Positions 1-13,376 of a stretch of DNA of 64,000 nucleotides are shown here, in pieces. The stretch covers positions 12,276,001 through 12,340,000 of the forward strand of contig CM022668.1 in assembly GCA_012295275.1 (NCBI GenBank), given 5' to 3'. The notes beneath the pieces are model-generated. The model saw only the letters and a program-made list of their open reading frames with translations. It ran no database searches and had not been told where the DNA came from. How positions within the stretch are numbered: position 1 is the stretch's first letter; each line of letters starts with the position of its first letter. The position numbers were made by a program, and so were the translations under genes. The stretch comes from Chrysomallon squamiferum (Eukaryota > Animalia > Mollusca).

Positions 1-3000
1 GCCGTTATTCCGGTTGAAGTTGCTCCAACCGAAGCGGAGGAAACCACTGAGATTGAAAAAGTGGAAACCATTGAGGTTGAAAAACCAGTGGAGGAGATTC
101 CTGAAGAATCTGTACCATCTGAAGAAACTTTCAAAGAGGAAATAACCATAATGCCTCAACCGGAAGAGACAACTCAGTTCGAGGAAATTACGTTCAAAGT
201 TACGGAAAAGACCGTGAAAGAGGAAATGGAAATAACACCAGAGATTCCAGAAGAGACCTCTTTCAAAGAGGAAATAACCATCACTCCGAAGCCCAAAGAA
301 ATGGAGGAAATAACAGTCGATGTAACGACTGAAGAAACAAAAGTTGAGGAAGAAGTGACAACAGAAAAAGAACTTCAAGTAACTGAGGAATTAACCGTGG
401 AGACTCAGCCTGAGGTTGCTCCAACCGAGGCCGAAGAAACCACTGAGTTTGAAAAACCAGTGGAGGAGATTCCTGAAGAATCTGTACCATCTGAAGAAAC
501 TTTCAAAGAGGAAATAACCATAATGCCTCAACCGGAAGAGACAGCTCAATTCGAGGAAATTACGTTCAAAGTGACGGAAAAGACCGTGAAAGAGGAAATG
601 GAAATAACACCAGAGATTCCAGAAGAGACCTCTTTCAAAGAGGAAATAACCATCACTCCCAAGCCCAAAGAAATGGAGGAAATAACAGTCGATGTAACGA
701 CTGAAGAAACAAAAAAAGCTGAGGAAGAAGTGACAACAGAAAAAGAACTTCAAGTAACTGAGGAATTAACCGTGGAGACTCAGCCTGAGGTTGCTCCAAC
801 CGAGGCCGAAGAAACCACTGAGTTTGAAAAACCAGTGGAGGAGATTCCTGAAGAATCTGTACCATCTGAAGAAACTTTCAAAGAGGAAATAACCATAATG
901 CCTCAACCTGAAGAGACAACTCAGTTCGAGGAAATTACGTTCAAAGTTACGGAAAAGACCGAAAAAAAGAGGAAATGGAAATAACACCAGAGATTCCAGA
1001 AGAGACCTCTTTCAAAGAGGAAATAACCATCACTCCCAAGCCCAAAGAAATGGAGGAAATAACAGTCGATGTAACGACTGAAGAAACAAAAGTTGAGGAA
1101 GAAGTGACAACAGAAAAAGAACTTCAAGTAACTGAGGAATTAACCGTGGAAACTCAGCCTGAGGTTGCTCCAACCGAGGCCGAAGAAACCACTGAGTTTG
1201 AAAAACCAGTGGAGGAGATTCCTGAAGAATCTGTACCATCTGAAGAAACTTTCAAAGAGGAAATAACCATAATGCCTCAACCTGAAGAGACAGCTCAATT
1301 CGAGGAAATTACGTTCAAAGTTACGCAAAAGACCGTGAAAGAGGAAATGGAAATAACACCAGAGATTCCAGAAGAGACCTCTTTCAAAGAGGAAATAACC
1401 ATCACTCCACAGCCCAAAGAAATGGAGGAAATAACAGTCGACGTAACGAAAGAAGAAACACAAGTGGAGGAGGAAGTGACAACAGAAATAGAAATGGAGG
1501 AAACCGAGGTAAAGGAGGAAGCAGGTTTCAAGGAAGAAATTCATTTGGAACCTCAAGTCGTTCCTCAGGAAGTCGAAATCCCTGCACCAAGACACAACTG
1601 AGGTAGAATACAGGGAAACAGTGGAAGTCGCTCGTCCCGAGGTCACAGAACCTACCCCCGAAGAAGAAATAACAGAAGCAATTCAGCCACAAGAAAGCGA
1701 AACTGTGGCGCCAGTTGATATCACTGAGGTTGAAGTTAGAGACACGATTGTGGTAGAACACAAAGAAAGCCTCGTGGAAGAGGAAGAGCAGAAACCCACT
1801 GAAGTGACAACCGAAATTCCAAGCGAGAAACCCGAAGAGGTGGAGGGAGAAATTTCGGTCACCGAACAGGAGGTTCCAGTGAAAGAGGAAGTTGAAATAG
1901 AAATCGCTTTGGGAGAGGTTCCTCAAGTACCTTCAGAACAGGTCGAAGAGGAAATTGCCCTCGAGGAAAAAGAACTTCCAGTATCTGAGGAAGTAACCGT
2001 GGAGACTCAGCCTGAAGAAACGGAAGCCGTTATTCCGGTTGAAGTTGCTCCAACCGAAGCGGAGGAAACCACTGAGATTGAAAAAGTGGAAACCATTGAG
2101 GTTGAAAAACCAGTGGAGGAGATTCCTGAAGAATCTGTACCATCTGAAGAAACTTTCAAAGAGGAAATAACCATAATGCCTCAACCTGAAGAGACAACTC
2201 AGTTCGAGGAAATTACGTTCAAAGTTACGGAAAAGACCGTGAAAGAGGAAATGGAAATAACACCAGAGATTCCAGAAGAGACCTCTTTCAAAGAGGAAAT
2301 AACCATCACTCCCAAGCCCAAAGAAATGGAGGAAATAACAGTCGATGTAACGACTGAAGAAACAAAAGCTGAGGAAGAAGTGACAACAGAAAAAGAACTT
2401 CAAGTAACTGAGGAATTAACCGTGGAGACTCAGCCTGAGGTTCCAACCGAGGCCGAAGAAACCACTGAGTTTGAAAAACCAGTGGAGGAGATTCCTGAAG
2501 AATCTGTACCATCTGAAGAAACTTTCAAAGAGGAAATAACCATAATGCCTCAACCTGAAGAGACAACTCAGTTCGAGGAAATTACGTTCAAAGTTACGGA
2601 AAAGACCGTGAAAGAGGAAATGGAAATAACACCAGAGATTCCAGAAGAGACCTCTTTCAAAGAGGAAATAACCATCACTCCCAAGCCCAAAGAAATGGAG
2701 GAAATAACAGTCGATGTAACGACTGAAGAAACAAAAGTTGAGGAAGAAGTGACAACAGAAAAAGAACTTCAAGTAACTGAGGAATTAACCGTGGAAACTC
2801 AGCCTGAGGTTGCTCCAACCGAGGCCGAAGAAACCACTGAGTTTGAAAAACCAGTGGAGGAGATTCCTGAAGAATCTGTACCATCTGAAGAAACTTTCAA
2901 AGAGGAAATAACCATAATGCCTCAACCTGAAGAGACAGCTCAATTCGAGGAAATTACGTTCAAAGTTACGCAAAAGACCGTGAAAGAGGAAATGGAAATA

Positions 3001-6000
3001 ACACCAGAGATTCCAGAAGAGACCTCTTTCAAAGAGGAAATAACCATCACTCCACAGCCCAAAGAAATGGAGGAAATAACAGTCGACGTAACGAAAGAAG
3101 AAACACAAGTGGAGGAGGAAGTGACAACAGAAATAGAAATGGAGGAAACCGAGGTAAAGGAGGAAGCAGGTTTCAAGGAAGAAATTCATTTGGAACCTCA
3201 AGTCGTTCCTCAGGAAGTCGAAATCCCTGCACCCGAAGACACAACTGAGGTAGAATACAGGGAAACAGTGGAAGTCGCTCGTCCCGAGGTCACAGAACCT
3301 ACCCCCGAAGAAGAAATAACAGAAGCAATTCAGCCACAAGAAAGCGAAACTGTGGCGCCAGTTGATATCACTGAGGTTGAAGTTAGAGACACGATTGTGG
3401 TAGAACACAAAGAAAGCCTCGTGGAAGAGGAAGAGCAGAAACCCACTGAAGTGACAACCGAAATTCCAAGCGAGAAACCCGAAGAGGTGGAGGGAGAAAT
3501 TTCGGTCACCGAACAGGAGGTTCCAGTGAAAGAGGAAGTTGAAATAGAAATCGCTTTGGGAGAGGTTCCTCAAGTACCTTCAGAACAGGTCGAAGAGGAA
3601 ATTGCCCTCGAGGAAAAAGAACTTCCAGTATCTGAGGAAGTAACCGTGGAGACTCAGCCTGAAGAAACGGAAGCCGTTATTCCGGTTGAAGTTGCTCCAA
3701 CCGAAGCGGAGGAAACCACTGAGATTGAAAAAGTGGAAACCATTGAGGTTGAAAAACCAGTGGAGGAGATTCCTGAAGAATCTGTACCATCTGAAGAAAC
3801 TTTCAAAGAGGAAATAACCATAATGCCTCAACCCGAAGAGACAGCTCAATTCGAGGAAATTACGTTCAAAGTGACGGAAAAGACCGTGAAAGAGGAAATG
3901 GAAATAACACCAGAGATTCCAGAAGAGACCTCTTTCAAAGAGGAAATAACCATCACTCCCAAGCCCAAAGAAATGGAGGAAATAACAGTCGATGTAACGA
4001 CTGAAGAAACAAAAGTTGAGGAAGAAGTGACAACAGAAAAAAGAACTTCAAGTAACTGAGGAATTAACCGTGGAGACTCAGCCTGAGGTTGCTCCAAACC
4101 GAGGTCGAAGAAACCACTGAGTTTGAAAAACCAGTGGAGGAGATTCCTGAAGAATCTGTACCATCTGAAGAAAACTTTCAAAGAGGAAATAACCATAATG
4201 CCTCAACCTGAAGAGACAGCTCAATTCGAGGAAATTACGTTCAAAGTTACGGAAAAGACCGTGAAAGAGGAAATGGAAATAACACCAGAGATTCCAGAAG
4301 AGACCTCTTTCAAAGAGGAAATAACCATCACTCCACAGCCCAAAGAAATGGAGGAAATAACAGTCGACGTAACGAAAAGAAGAAACACAAGGGAGGAGGA
4401 AGTGACAACAATAGAAATAGAAATGGAGGAAACCGAGGTAAAGGAGGAAGCAGGTTTCAAGGAAGAAATTCATTTGGAACCTCAAAGTCGTTCCTCAGGA
4501 AGTCGAAATCCCTGCACCCGAAGACACAACTGAGGTAGAATACAGGGAAACAGTGGAAGTCGCCGTCCCGGTCACAGAACCTACCCCCAAGAAGAAATAA
4601 CAGAAGCAATTCAGCCACAAGAAAGCGAAACTGTGGCGCCAGTTGATATCACTGAGGTTGAAGTTAGAGACACGATTGTGGTAGAACACAAAGAAAGCCT
4701 CGTGGAAGAGGAAGAGCAGAAACCCACTGAAGTGACAACCGAAATTCCAAGCGAAAACCCAAGAGGTGGAGGGAGAAATTTCGGTCACCAACAGGAGGTT
4801 CCAGTGAAAGAGGAAGTTGAAATAGAAATCGCTTTGGGAGAGGTTCCTCAAGTACCTTCAGAACAGGTCGAAGAGGAAATTGCCCTCGAGGAAAAAGAAC
4901 TTCCAGTATCTGAGGAAGTAACCGTGGAGACTCAGCCTGAAGAAACGGAAGCCGTTATTCCGGTTGAAGTTGCTCCAACCGGCCGGAGGAAACCACTGAG
5001 ATTGAAAAAGTGGAAACCATTGAGGTTGAAAAACCAGTGGAGGAGATTCCTGAAGAATCTGTACCATCTGAAGAAAACTTTCAAAGAGGAAATAACCATA
5101 ATGCCTCAACCCGAAGAGACAGCTCAATTCGAGGAAATTACGTTCAAAGTGACGGAAAAGACCGTGAAAGAGGAAATGGAAATAACACCAGAGATTCCAG
5201 AAGAGACCTCTTTCAAAGAGGAAATAACCATCACTCCCAAGCCCAAAGAAATGGAGGAAATAACAGTCGATGTAACGACTGAAGAAACAAAAGTTGAGGA
5301 AGAAGTGACAACAGAAAAAGAACTTCAAGTAACTGAGGAATTAACCGTGGAGACTCAGCCTGAGGTTGCTCCAACCGAGGCCGAAGAAACCACTGAGTTT
5401 GAAAAACCAGTGGAGGAGATTCCTGAAGAATCTGTACCATCTGAAGAAACCATCTGAAGAAACTTTCAAGGAAAAAAGAAATAAAATGGATAATGCCTCA
5501 ACCTGAAGAGACAGCTCAGTTCGAGGAAATTACGTTCAAAGTTACGGAAAAGACCGTGAAAGAGGAAATGGAAATAGCACCAGAGATTCCAGAAGAGACC
5601 TCTTTCAAAGAGGAAATAACCATCACTCCACAGCCCAAAGAAATGGAGGAAATAACAGTCGACGTAACGAAAGAAGAAACACAAGTGGAGGAGGAAGTGA
5701 CAACAGAAATAGAAATGGAGGAAACCGAGGTAAAGGAGGAAGCAGGTTTCAAGGAAGAAATTCATTTGGAACCTCAAGTCGTTCCTCAGGAAGTGAAATC
5801 CCTGCACCCGAAGACACAACTGAGGTAGAATACAGGGAAACAGTGGAAGTCGCCGTCCCGAGGTCACAGAACCTACCCCCGAAGAAGAAATAACAGAAGC
5901 AATTCAGCCACAAGAAAGCGAAACTGTGGCGCCAGTTGATATCACTGAGGTTGAAGTTAGAGACACGATTGTGGTAGAACACAAAGAAAGCCTCGTGGAA

Positions 6001-9000
6001 GAGGAAGAGCAGAAACCCACTGAAGTGACAACCGAATTCCAAGCGAAAACCCGAAGAGGTGGAGGGAGAAATTTCGGTCACCGAACAGGAGGTTCCAGTG
6101 AAAGAGGAAGTTGAAATAGAAATCGCTTTGGGAGAGGTTCCTCAAGTACCTTCAGAACAGGTCGAAGAGGAAATTGCCCTCGAGGAAAAAGAACTTCCAG
6201 TATCTGAGGAAGTAACCGTGGAGACTCAGCCTGAAGAAACGGAAGCCGTTATTCCGGTTGAAGTTGCTCCAACCGGCGGAGGAAACCACTGAGATTGAAA
6301 AAGTGGAAACCATTGAGGTTGAAAAACCAGTGGAGGAGATTCCTGAAGAATCTGTACCATCTGAAGAAACTTTCAAAGAGGAAATAACCATAATGCCTCA
6401 ACCCGAAGAGACAGCTCAATTCGAGGAAATTACGTTCAAAGTGACGGAAAAGACCGTGAAAGAGGAAATGGAAATAACACCAGAGATTCCAGAAGAGACC
6501 TCTTTCAAAGAGGAAATAACCATCACTCCCAAGCCCAAAGAAATGGAGGAAATAACAGTCGATGTAACGACTGAAGAAACAAAAGTTGAGGAAGAAGTGA
6601 CAACAGAAAAGAACTTCAAGTAACTGAGGAATTAACCGTGGAGACTCAGCCTGAGGTTGCTCCAACCGAGGCCGAAGAAACCACTGAGTTTGAAAAACCA
6701 GTGGAGGAGATTCCTGAAGAATCTGTACCATCTGAAGAAACTTTCAAAGAGGAAATAACCATAATGCCTCAACCTGAAGAGACAGCTCAGTTCGAGGAAA
6801 TTACGTTCAAAGTTACGGAAAAAGACCGTGAAAGAGGAAATGGAAATAGCACCAGAGATTCCAGAAGAGACCTCTTTCAAAGAGGAAATAACCATCACTC
6901 CACAGCCCAAAGAAATGGAGGAAATAACAGTCGACGTAACGAAAGAAGAAACACAAGTGGAGGAGGAAGTGACAACAGAAATAGAAATGGAGGAAACCGA
7001 GGTAAAGGAGGAAGCAGGTTTCAAGGAAGAAATTCATTTGGAACCTCAAGTCGTTCCTCAGGAAGTCGAAATCCCTGCACCCGAAGACACAACTGAGGTA
7101 GAATACAGGGAAACAGTGGAAGTCGCTCGTCCCGAGGTCACAGAACCTACCCCCGAAGAAGAAATAACAGAAGCAATTCAGCCACAAGAAAGCGAAACTG
7201 TGGCGCCAGTTGATATCACTGAGGTTGAAGTTAGAGACACGATTGTGGTAGAACACAAAGAAAGCCTCGTGGAAGAGGAAGAGCAGAAACCCACTGAAGT
7301 GACAACCGAAATTCCAAGCGAGAAACCCGAAGAGGTGGAGGGAGAAATTTCGGTCACCGAACAGGAGGTTCCAGTGAAAGAGGAAGTTGAAATAGAAATC
7401 GCTTTGGGAGAGGTTCCTCAAGTACCTTCAGAACAGGTCGAAGAGGAAATTGCCCTCGAGGAAAAAGAACTTCCAGTATCTGAGGAAGTAACCGTGGAGA
7501 CTCAGCCTGAAGAAACGGAAGCCGTTATTCCGGTTGAAGTTGCTCCAACCGAAGCGGAGGAAACCACTGAGATTGAAAAAGTGGAAACCATTGAGGTTGA
7601 AAAACCAGTGGAGGAGATTCCTGAAGAATCTGTACCATCTGAAGAAACTTTCAAAGAGGAAATAACCATAATGCCTCAACCCGAAGAGACAGCTCAATTC
7701 GAGGAAATTACGTTCAAAGTGACGGAAAAGACCGTGAAAGAGGAAATGGAAATAACACCAGAGATTCCAGAAGAGACCTCTTTCAAAGAGGAAATAACCA
7801 TCACTCCGAAGCCCAAAGAAATGGAGGAAATAACAGTCGATGTAACGACTGAAGAAACAAAAGTTGAGGAAGAAGTGACAACAGAAAAAGAACTTCAAGT
7901 AACTGAGGAATTAACCGTGGAGACTCAGCCTGAGGTTGCTCCAACCGAGGCCGAAGAAACCACTGAGTTTGAAAAACCAGTGGAGGAGATTCCTGAAGAA
8001 TCTGTACCATCTGAAGAAACTTTCAAAGAGGAAATAACCATAATGCCTCAACCTGAAGAGACAGCTCAGTTCGAGGAAATTACGTTCAAAGTTACGGAAA
8101 AGACCGTGAAAGAGGAAATGGAAATAGCACCAGAGATTCCAGAAGAGACCTCTTTCAAAGAGGAAATAACCATCACTCCACAGCCCAAAGAAATGGAGGA
8201 AATAACAGTCGACGTAACGAAAGAAGAAACACAAGTGGAGGAGGAAGTGACAACAGAAATAGAAATGGAGGAAACCGAGGTAAAGGAGGAAGCAGGTTTC
8301 AAGGAAGAAATTCATTTGGAACCTCAAGTCGTTCCTCAGGAAGTCGAAATCCCTGCACCCGAAGACACAACTGAGGTAGAATACAGGGAAACAGTGGAAG
8401 TCGCTCGTCCCGAGGTCACAGAACCTACCCCCGAAGAAGAAATAACAGAAGCAATTCAGCCACAAGAAAGCGAAACTGTGGCGCCAGTTGATATCACTGA
8501 GGTTGAAGTTAGAGACACGATTGTGGTAGAACACAAAGAAAGCCTCGTGGAAGAGGAAGAGCAGAAACCCACTGAAGTGACAACCGAAATTCCAAGCGAA
8601 AAACCCAAGAGGTGGAGGGAGAAATTTCGGTCACCGAACAGGAGGTTCCAGTGAAAGAGGAAGTTGAAATAGAAATCGCTTTGGGAGAGGTTCCTCAAGT
8701 ACCTTCAGAACAGGTCGAAGAGGAAATTGCCCTCGAGGAAAAAGAACTTCCAGTATCTGAGGAAGTAACCGTGGAGACTCAGCCTGAAGAAACGGAAGCC
8801 GTTATTCCGGTTGAAGTTGCTCCAACCGGCGGAGGAAACCACTGAGATTGAAAAAGTGGAAACCATTGAGGTTGAAAAACCAGTGGAGGAGATTCCTGAA
8901 GAATCTGTACCATCTGAAGAAACTTTCAAAGAGGAAATAACCATAATGCCTCAACCGAAGAGACAGCTCAATTCGAGGAAATTACGCTTCAAAGTTACGG

Positions 9001-12000
9001 AAAAGACCGTGAAAGAGGAAATGGAAATAACACCAGAGATTCCAGAAGAGACCTCTTTCAAAGAGGAAATAAACAAAAGTCAGGAAGAAGTGACACAGCC
9101 CGAAGTAACTGAAATGGAGGAAATAACAGTCGATGTAGTTTGAAAAACGTGGAGGAGAGAAGAAACACAAGTTAAGGAAGAAGTGACAACAGAAATAGAA
9201 ATGGAGGAAACCGAGGTAAAAGTTACGGAAGCAGGTTTCAAAGAAGAAATTCATTTGGAACCTCAAGTCGAGGAAATTCCTCAGGAAGTCGAAATCCCCA
9301 ACTTCCAAAGAAACCTCTTTCAAAGAGGAAATAACGAAGAAGAAATGAAACTGGAGGAGGAAGTGACAACAGAAATACAATGGAAAACCGAGGTAAAGAA
9401 TTTCAGGGAAACAGTTGGAAGTCGCCGGAAGTCCCTGCGAAGGTCACAGAACCTAAACAGTGGAAGTCCCCCCGAAGAAGAAATAACAGAAGCAATTCAG
9501 CCACAAGAAAGCGAAACTGTGGCGCCAGTTGATATCACTGAGGTTGAAGTTAGAGACACGATTGTGGTAGAACACAAAGAAAGCCTCGTGGAAGAGGAAG
9601 AGCAGAAACCCACTGAAGTGACAACCGAAATTCCAAGCGAGAAACCCGAAGAGGTGGAGGGAGAAATTTCGGTCACCGAACAGGAGGTTCCAGTGAAAGA
9701 GGAAGTTGAAATAGAAATCGCTTTGGGAGAGGTTCCTCAAGTACCTTCAGAACAGGTCGAAGAGGAAATTGCCCTCGAGGAAAAAGAACTTCCAGTATCT
9801 GAGGAAGTAACCGTGGAGACTCAGCCAGAAGAAACTGAAGCCGTTATTCCGGTTGAAGTTGCTCCAACCGAAGCGGAGGAAACCACTGAGATTGAAAAAG
9901 TGGAAACCATTGAGGTTGAAAAACCAGTGGAGGAGATTCCTGAAGAATCTGTACCATCTGAAGAAACTTTCAAAGAGGAAATAACCATAATGCCTCAACC
10001 CGAAGAGACAGCTCAATTCGAGGAAATTACGTTCAAAGTGACGGAAAAGACCGTGAAAGAGGAAATGGAAATAACACCAGAGATTCCAGAAGAGACCTCT
10101 TTCAAAGAGGAAATAACCATCACTCCCAAGCCCAAAGAAATGGAGGAAATAACAGTCGATGTAACGACTGAAGAAACAAAAGTTGAGGAAGAAGTGACAA
10201 CAGAAAAAGAACTTCAAGTAACTGAGGAATTAACCGTGGAGACTCAGCCTGAGGTTGCTCCAACCGAGGCCGAAGAAACCACTGAGTTTGAAAAACCAGT
10301 GGAGGAGATTCCTGAAGAATCTGTACCATCTGAAGAAACTTTCAAAGAGGAAATAACCATAATGCCTCAACCTGAAGAGACAGCTCAGTTCGAGGAAATT
10401 ACGTTCAAAGTTACCGAAAAGACCGTGAAAGAGGAAATGGAAATAGCACCAGAGATTCCAGAAGAGACCTCTTTCAAAGAGGAAATAACCATCACTCCAC
10501 AGCCCGAGGAAATGGAGGAAATAACAGTTGACGTATCGGCAGAAGAAACACAAGTTAAGGAAGAAGTGACAACAGAAATAGAAATGGAGGAAACCGAGGT
10601 AAAGGAGGAAGCAGGTTTCAAGGAAGAAATTCATTTGGAACCTCAAGTCGTTCCTCAGGAAGTCGAAATCCCTGCACCCGAAGACACAACTGAGGTAGAA
10701 TACAGGGAAACAGTGGAAGTCGCTCGTCCCGAGGTCACAGAACCTACCCCCGAAGAAGAAATAACAGAAGCAATTCAGCCACAAGAAAGCGAAACTGTGG
10801 CGCCAGTTGATATCACTGAGGTTGAAGTTAGAGACACGATTGTGGTAGAACACAAAGAAAGCCTCGTGGAAGAGGAAGAGCAGAAACCCACTGAAGTGAC
10901 AACCGAAATTCCAAGCGAGAAACCCGAAGAGGTGGAGGGAGAAATTTCGGTCACCGAACAGGAGGTTCCAGTGAAAGAGGAAGTTGAAATAGAAATCGCT
11001 TTGGGAGAGGTTCCTCAAGTACCTTCAGAACAGGTCGAAGAGGAAATTGCCCTCGAGGAAAAAGAACTTCCAGTATCTGAGGAAGTAACCGTGGAGACTC
11101 AGCCAGAAGAAACTGAAGCCGTTATTCCGGTTGAAGTTGCTCCAACCGAAGCGGAGGAAACCACTGAGATTGAAAAAGTGGAAACCATTGAGGTTGAAAA
11201 ACCAGTGGAGGAGATTCCTGAAGAATCTGTACCATCTGAAGAAACTTTCAAAGAGGAAATAACCATAATGCCTCAACCTGAAGAGACAGCTCAGTTCGAG
11301 GAAATTACGTTCAAAGTTACGGAAAAGACCGTTGAAAGAGGAAATGGAAATAACACCAGAGATTCCAGAAGAGACCTCTTTCAAAGAGGAAATAACCATC
11401 ACTCCACAGCCCGAGGAAATGGAGGAAATAACAGTTGACGTATCGGCAGAAGAAACACAAGTTAAAGAAGAAGTGACAACAGAAATAGAAATGGAGGAAA
11501 CCGAGGTAAAGGAGGAAGCAGGTTTCAAGGAAGAAATTCATTTGGAACCTCAAGTCGTTCCTCAGGAAGTCGAAATCCCTGCACCCGAAGACACAACTGA
11601 GGTAGAATACAGGGAAACAGTGGAAGTCGCCGTCCCGGTCACAGAACCTACCCCCGAAGAAGAAATAACAGAAGCAATTCAGCCACAAGAAAGCGAAACT
11701 GTGGCGCCAGTTGATATCACTGAGGTTGAAGTTAGAGACACGATTGTGGTAGAACACAAAGAAAGCCTCGTGGAAGAGGAAGAGCAGAAACCCACTGAAG
11801 TCACAACCGAAATTCCAAGCGAGAAACCCGAAGAGGTGGAGGGAGAAATTTCGGTCACCGAACAGGAGGTTCCAGTGAAAGAGGAAGTTGAAATAGAAAT
11901 CGCTTTGGGAGACGTTCCTCAAGTACCTTCAGAAGAGGTTGAAGAGGAAATTGCCCTCGAGGAAAAAGAACTTCCAGTTTCTGAGGAAGTAACCGTGGAG

Positions 12001-12140
12001 ACTCAGCCTGAAGAAACGGAAGCCGTTATTCCGGTTGAAGTTGCTCCAACCGAAGCGGAGCAAACCACTGAGATTGAAAAAGTGGAAACCATTGAGGTTG
12101 AAAAACCAGTGGAGGAGATTCCTGAAGAATCTCTACCAAG
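1..12140 (+). repeat. Coding higher-order tandem repeat: module A 372 bp (124 aa) and module B 906 bp (302 aa)
   Basis: GAAAAACCAGTGGAGGAGATT recurs at 79 and 451. A B-specific marker (start of the antisense MRNLSQ ORF) lies at 1926, 3573, 4851, 6145, 7421, 8698, 9740, 11018, 11922; spacings 1647, 1278, 1294, 1276, 1277, 1042, 1278, 904. Confidence 0.92.
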
Positions 12141-12661
12141 TGAAGAAACATTCAAAGATGAAGTTTTGATAATATCTCAACCATCTGATGTTACTGAGTT
12201 CCCTGAAGTTGAGATGTCTGTCAAACCTGAAGGAATGGAAGAGATTGTTGAGGAGGAATCAATTGAAGAAGCAGAAATTCCTGTGACTGAGGATGAAATT
12301 TCTGAAGAGATTACTCTCGAGAGAGAAAAAGGTGGAGTTAGTGAAGATATTGAGTCTGTTATTTCTGTAAAACCTCAGGAGCTTGAAGAAGAAGTTAGTG
12401 CTGAGGAGGTTGTAAGTGATGTTTCTTTTGAGGAGAAGCCATCTGAAGGTATCGAATCAGAACTGTTGATCTCAGAAAAAGACAAAGTTGTCAGTGATAT
12501 TTCTGGTCTGCCTCTCTTGCATGCAATTACCAATGAAATCCCTTGCTCAGTAATTAATGAAATTCCAGATTTAGAAAGTTTTGTTGGAAATTTAAGCATA
12601 ATACAGGATATTTTAGTAGAGTCTTTGGAAGGAACACTTTGTGACTTGGACATGATTAGAG
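1..12661 (+). CDS. Exon 1 (5' end outside window): giant Glu/Val/Thr/Pro-rich repetitive exon, >4200 codons, interrupted by probable assembly frameshifts
   Basis: Overlapping ORFs 61-984, 975-1601, 1621-4059, 6828-8654, 9183-11438, 11332-12696 encode the same repeat peptides. Donor AGAG|GTATAT after 12661 is phase 1 and matches the next exon. An alternative phase-1 donor GAAG|GTATCG lies after 12448. Confidence 0.85.
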
Positions 12662-13321
12662 GTATATTTGTCTTGTCTCTGTTTATCAGTTGTTAAGGCT
12701 GATCATGTGTCTTCATGTGTAATATTCATGTTATGGCTTTTTGTGTTTGAAGCTTTATCTAATTTCATTAAGCACAGATTTATTTTTTTTAACATCTCAT
12801 TTTGCTGAAATTTAACTGTATTGAAAAGATCGGAAAAGGTAGCTGTTATTTGTTTGTTTTTCAGTATATTTTATGCTGTTTGTTTTTGTTTTTCGTTGAT
12901 TTTTACATTTATTATTATTGTTATTATTATTACTGTTATTATTTATTGAAGTTTGCTATGTTTTTCTTTATTCAAAATATGTTTTTCAGTGTTGTTGTTT
13001 TTTTGTTTTGACTTTTATAACTTTATTTTTATTATTATTATTATTATTATTTTATTGATTTTGTTTGGGTTATTTTCATTTTGTTTATATATATATATAT
13101 TAATCACTGTGTGAAGCAAAATTGAAAATCACTCAAAGTGTGGCATTATCATTTTATTATACATTAATCTGTGTAATATATTTTATATTATATAACCAGT
13201 CAGTTTTGGGTGATTTCATTTTGCTTATATTATTTGTTTTCATTTTTTTGTTTTTTGTTTGGTTTTTTGCTTTCATTTTCTTTGATTTTCTTTGATTTGT
13301 ATTTTTAGTTTACTTTGTAAA

Positions 13322-13376
<55 letters not shown>

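Noticed and set aside
1-12661. Pseudogene interpretation based on frameshifts
   Set aside because: Indels cluster at homopolymers and in collapsed repeats, while Ig exons and splice sites are intact; more consistent with sequencing or consensus error, though not proven
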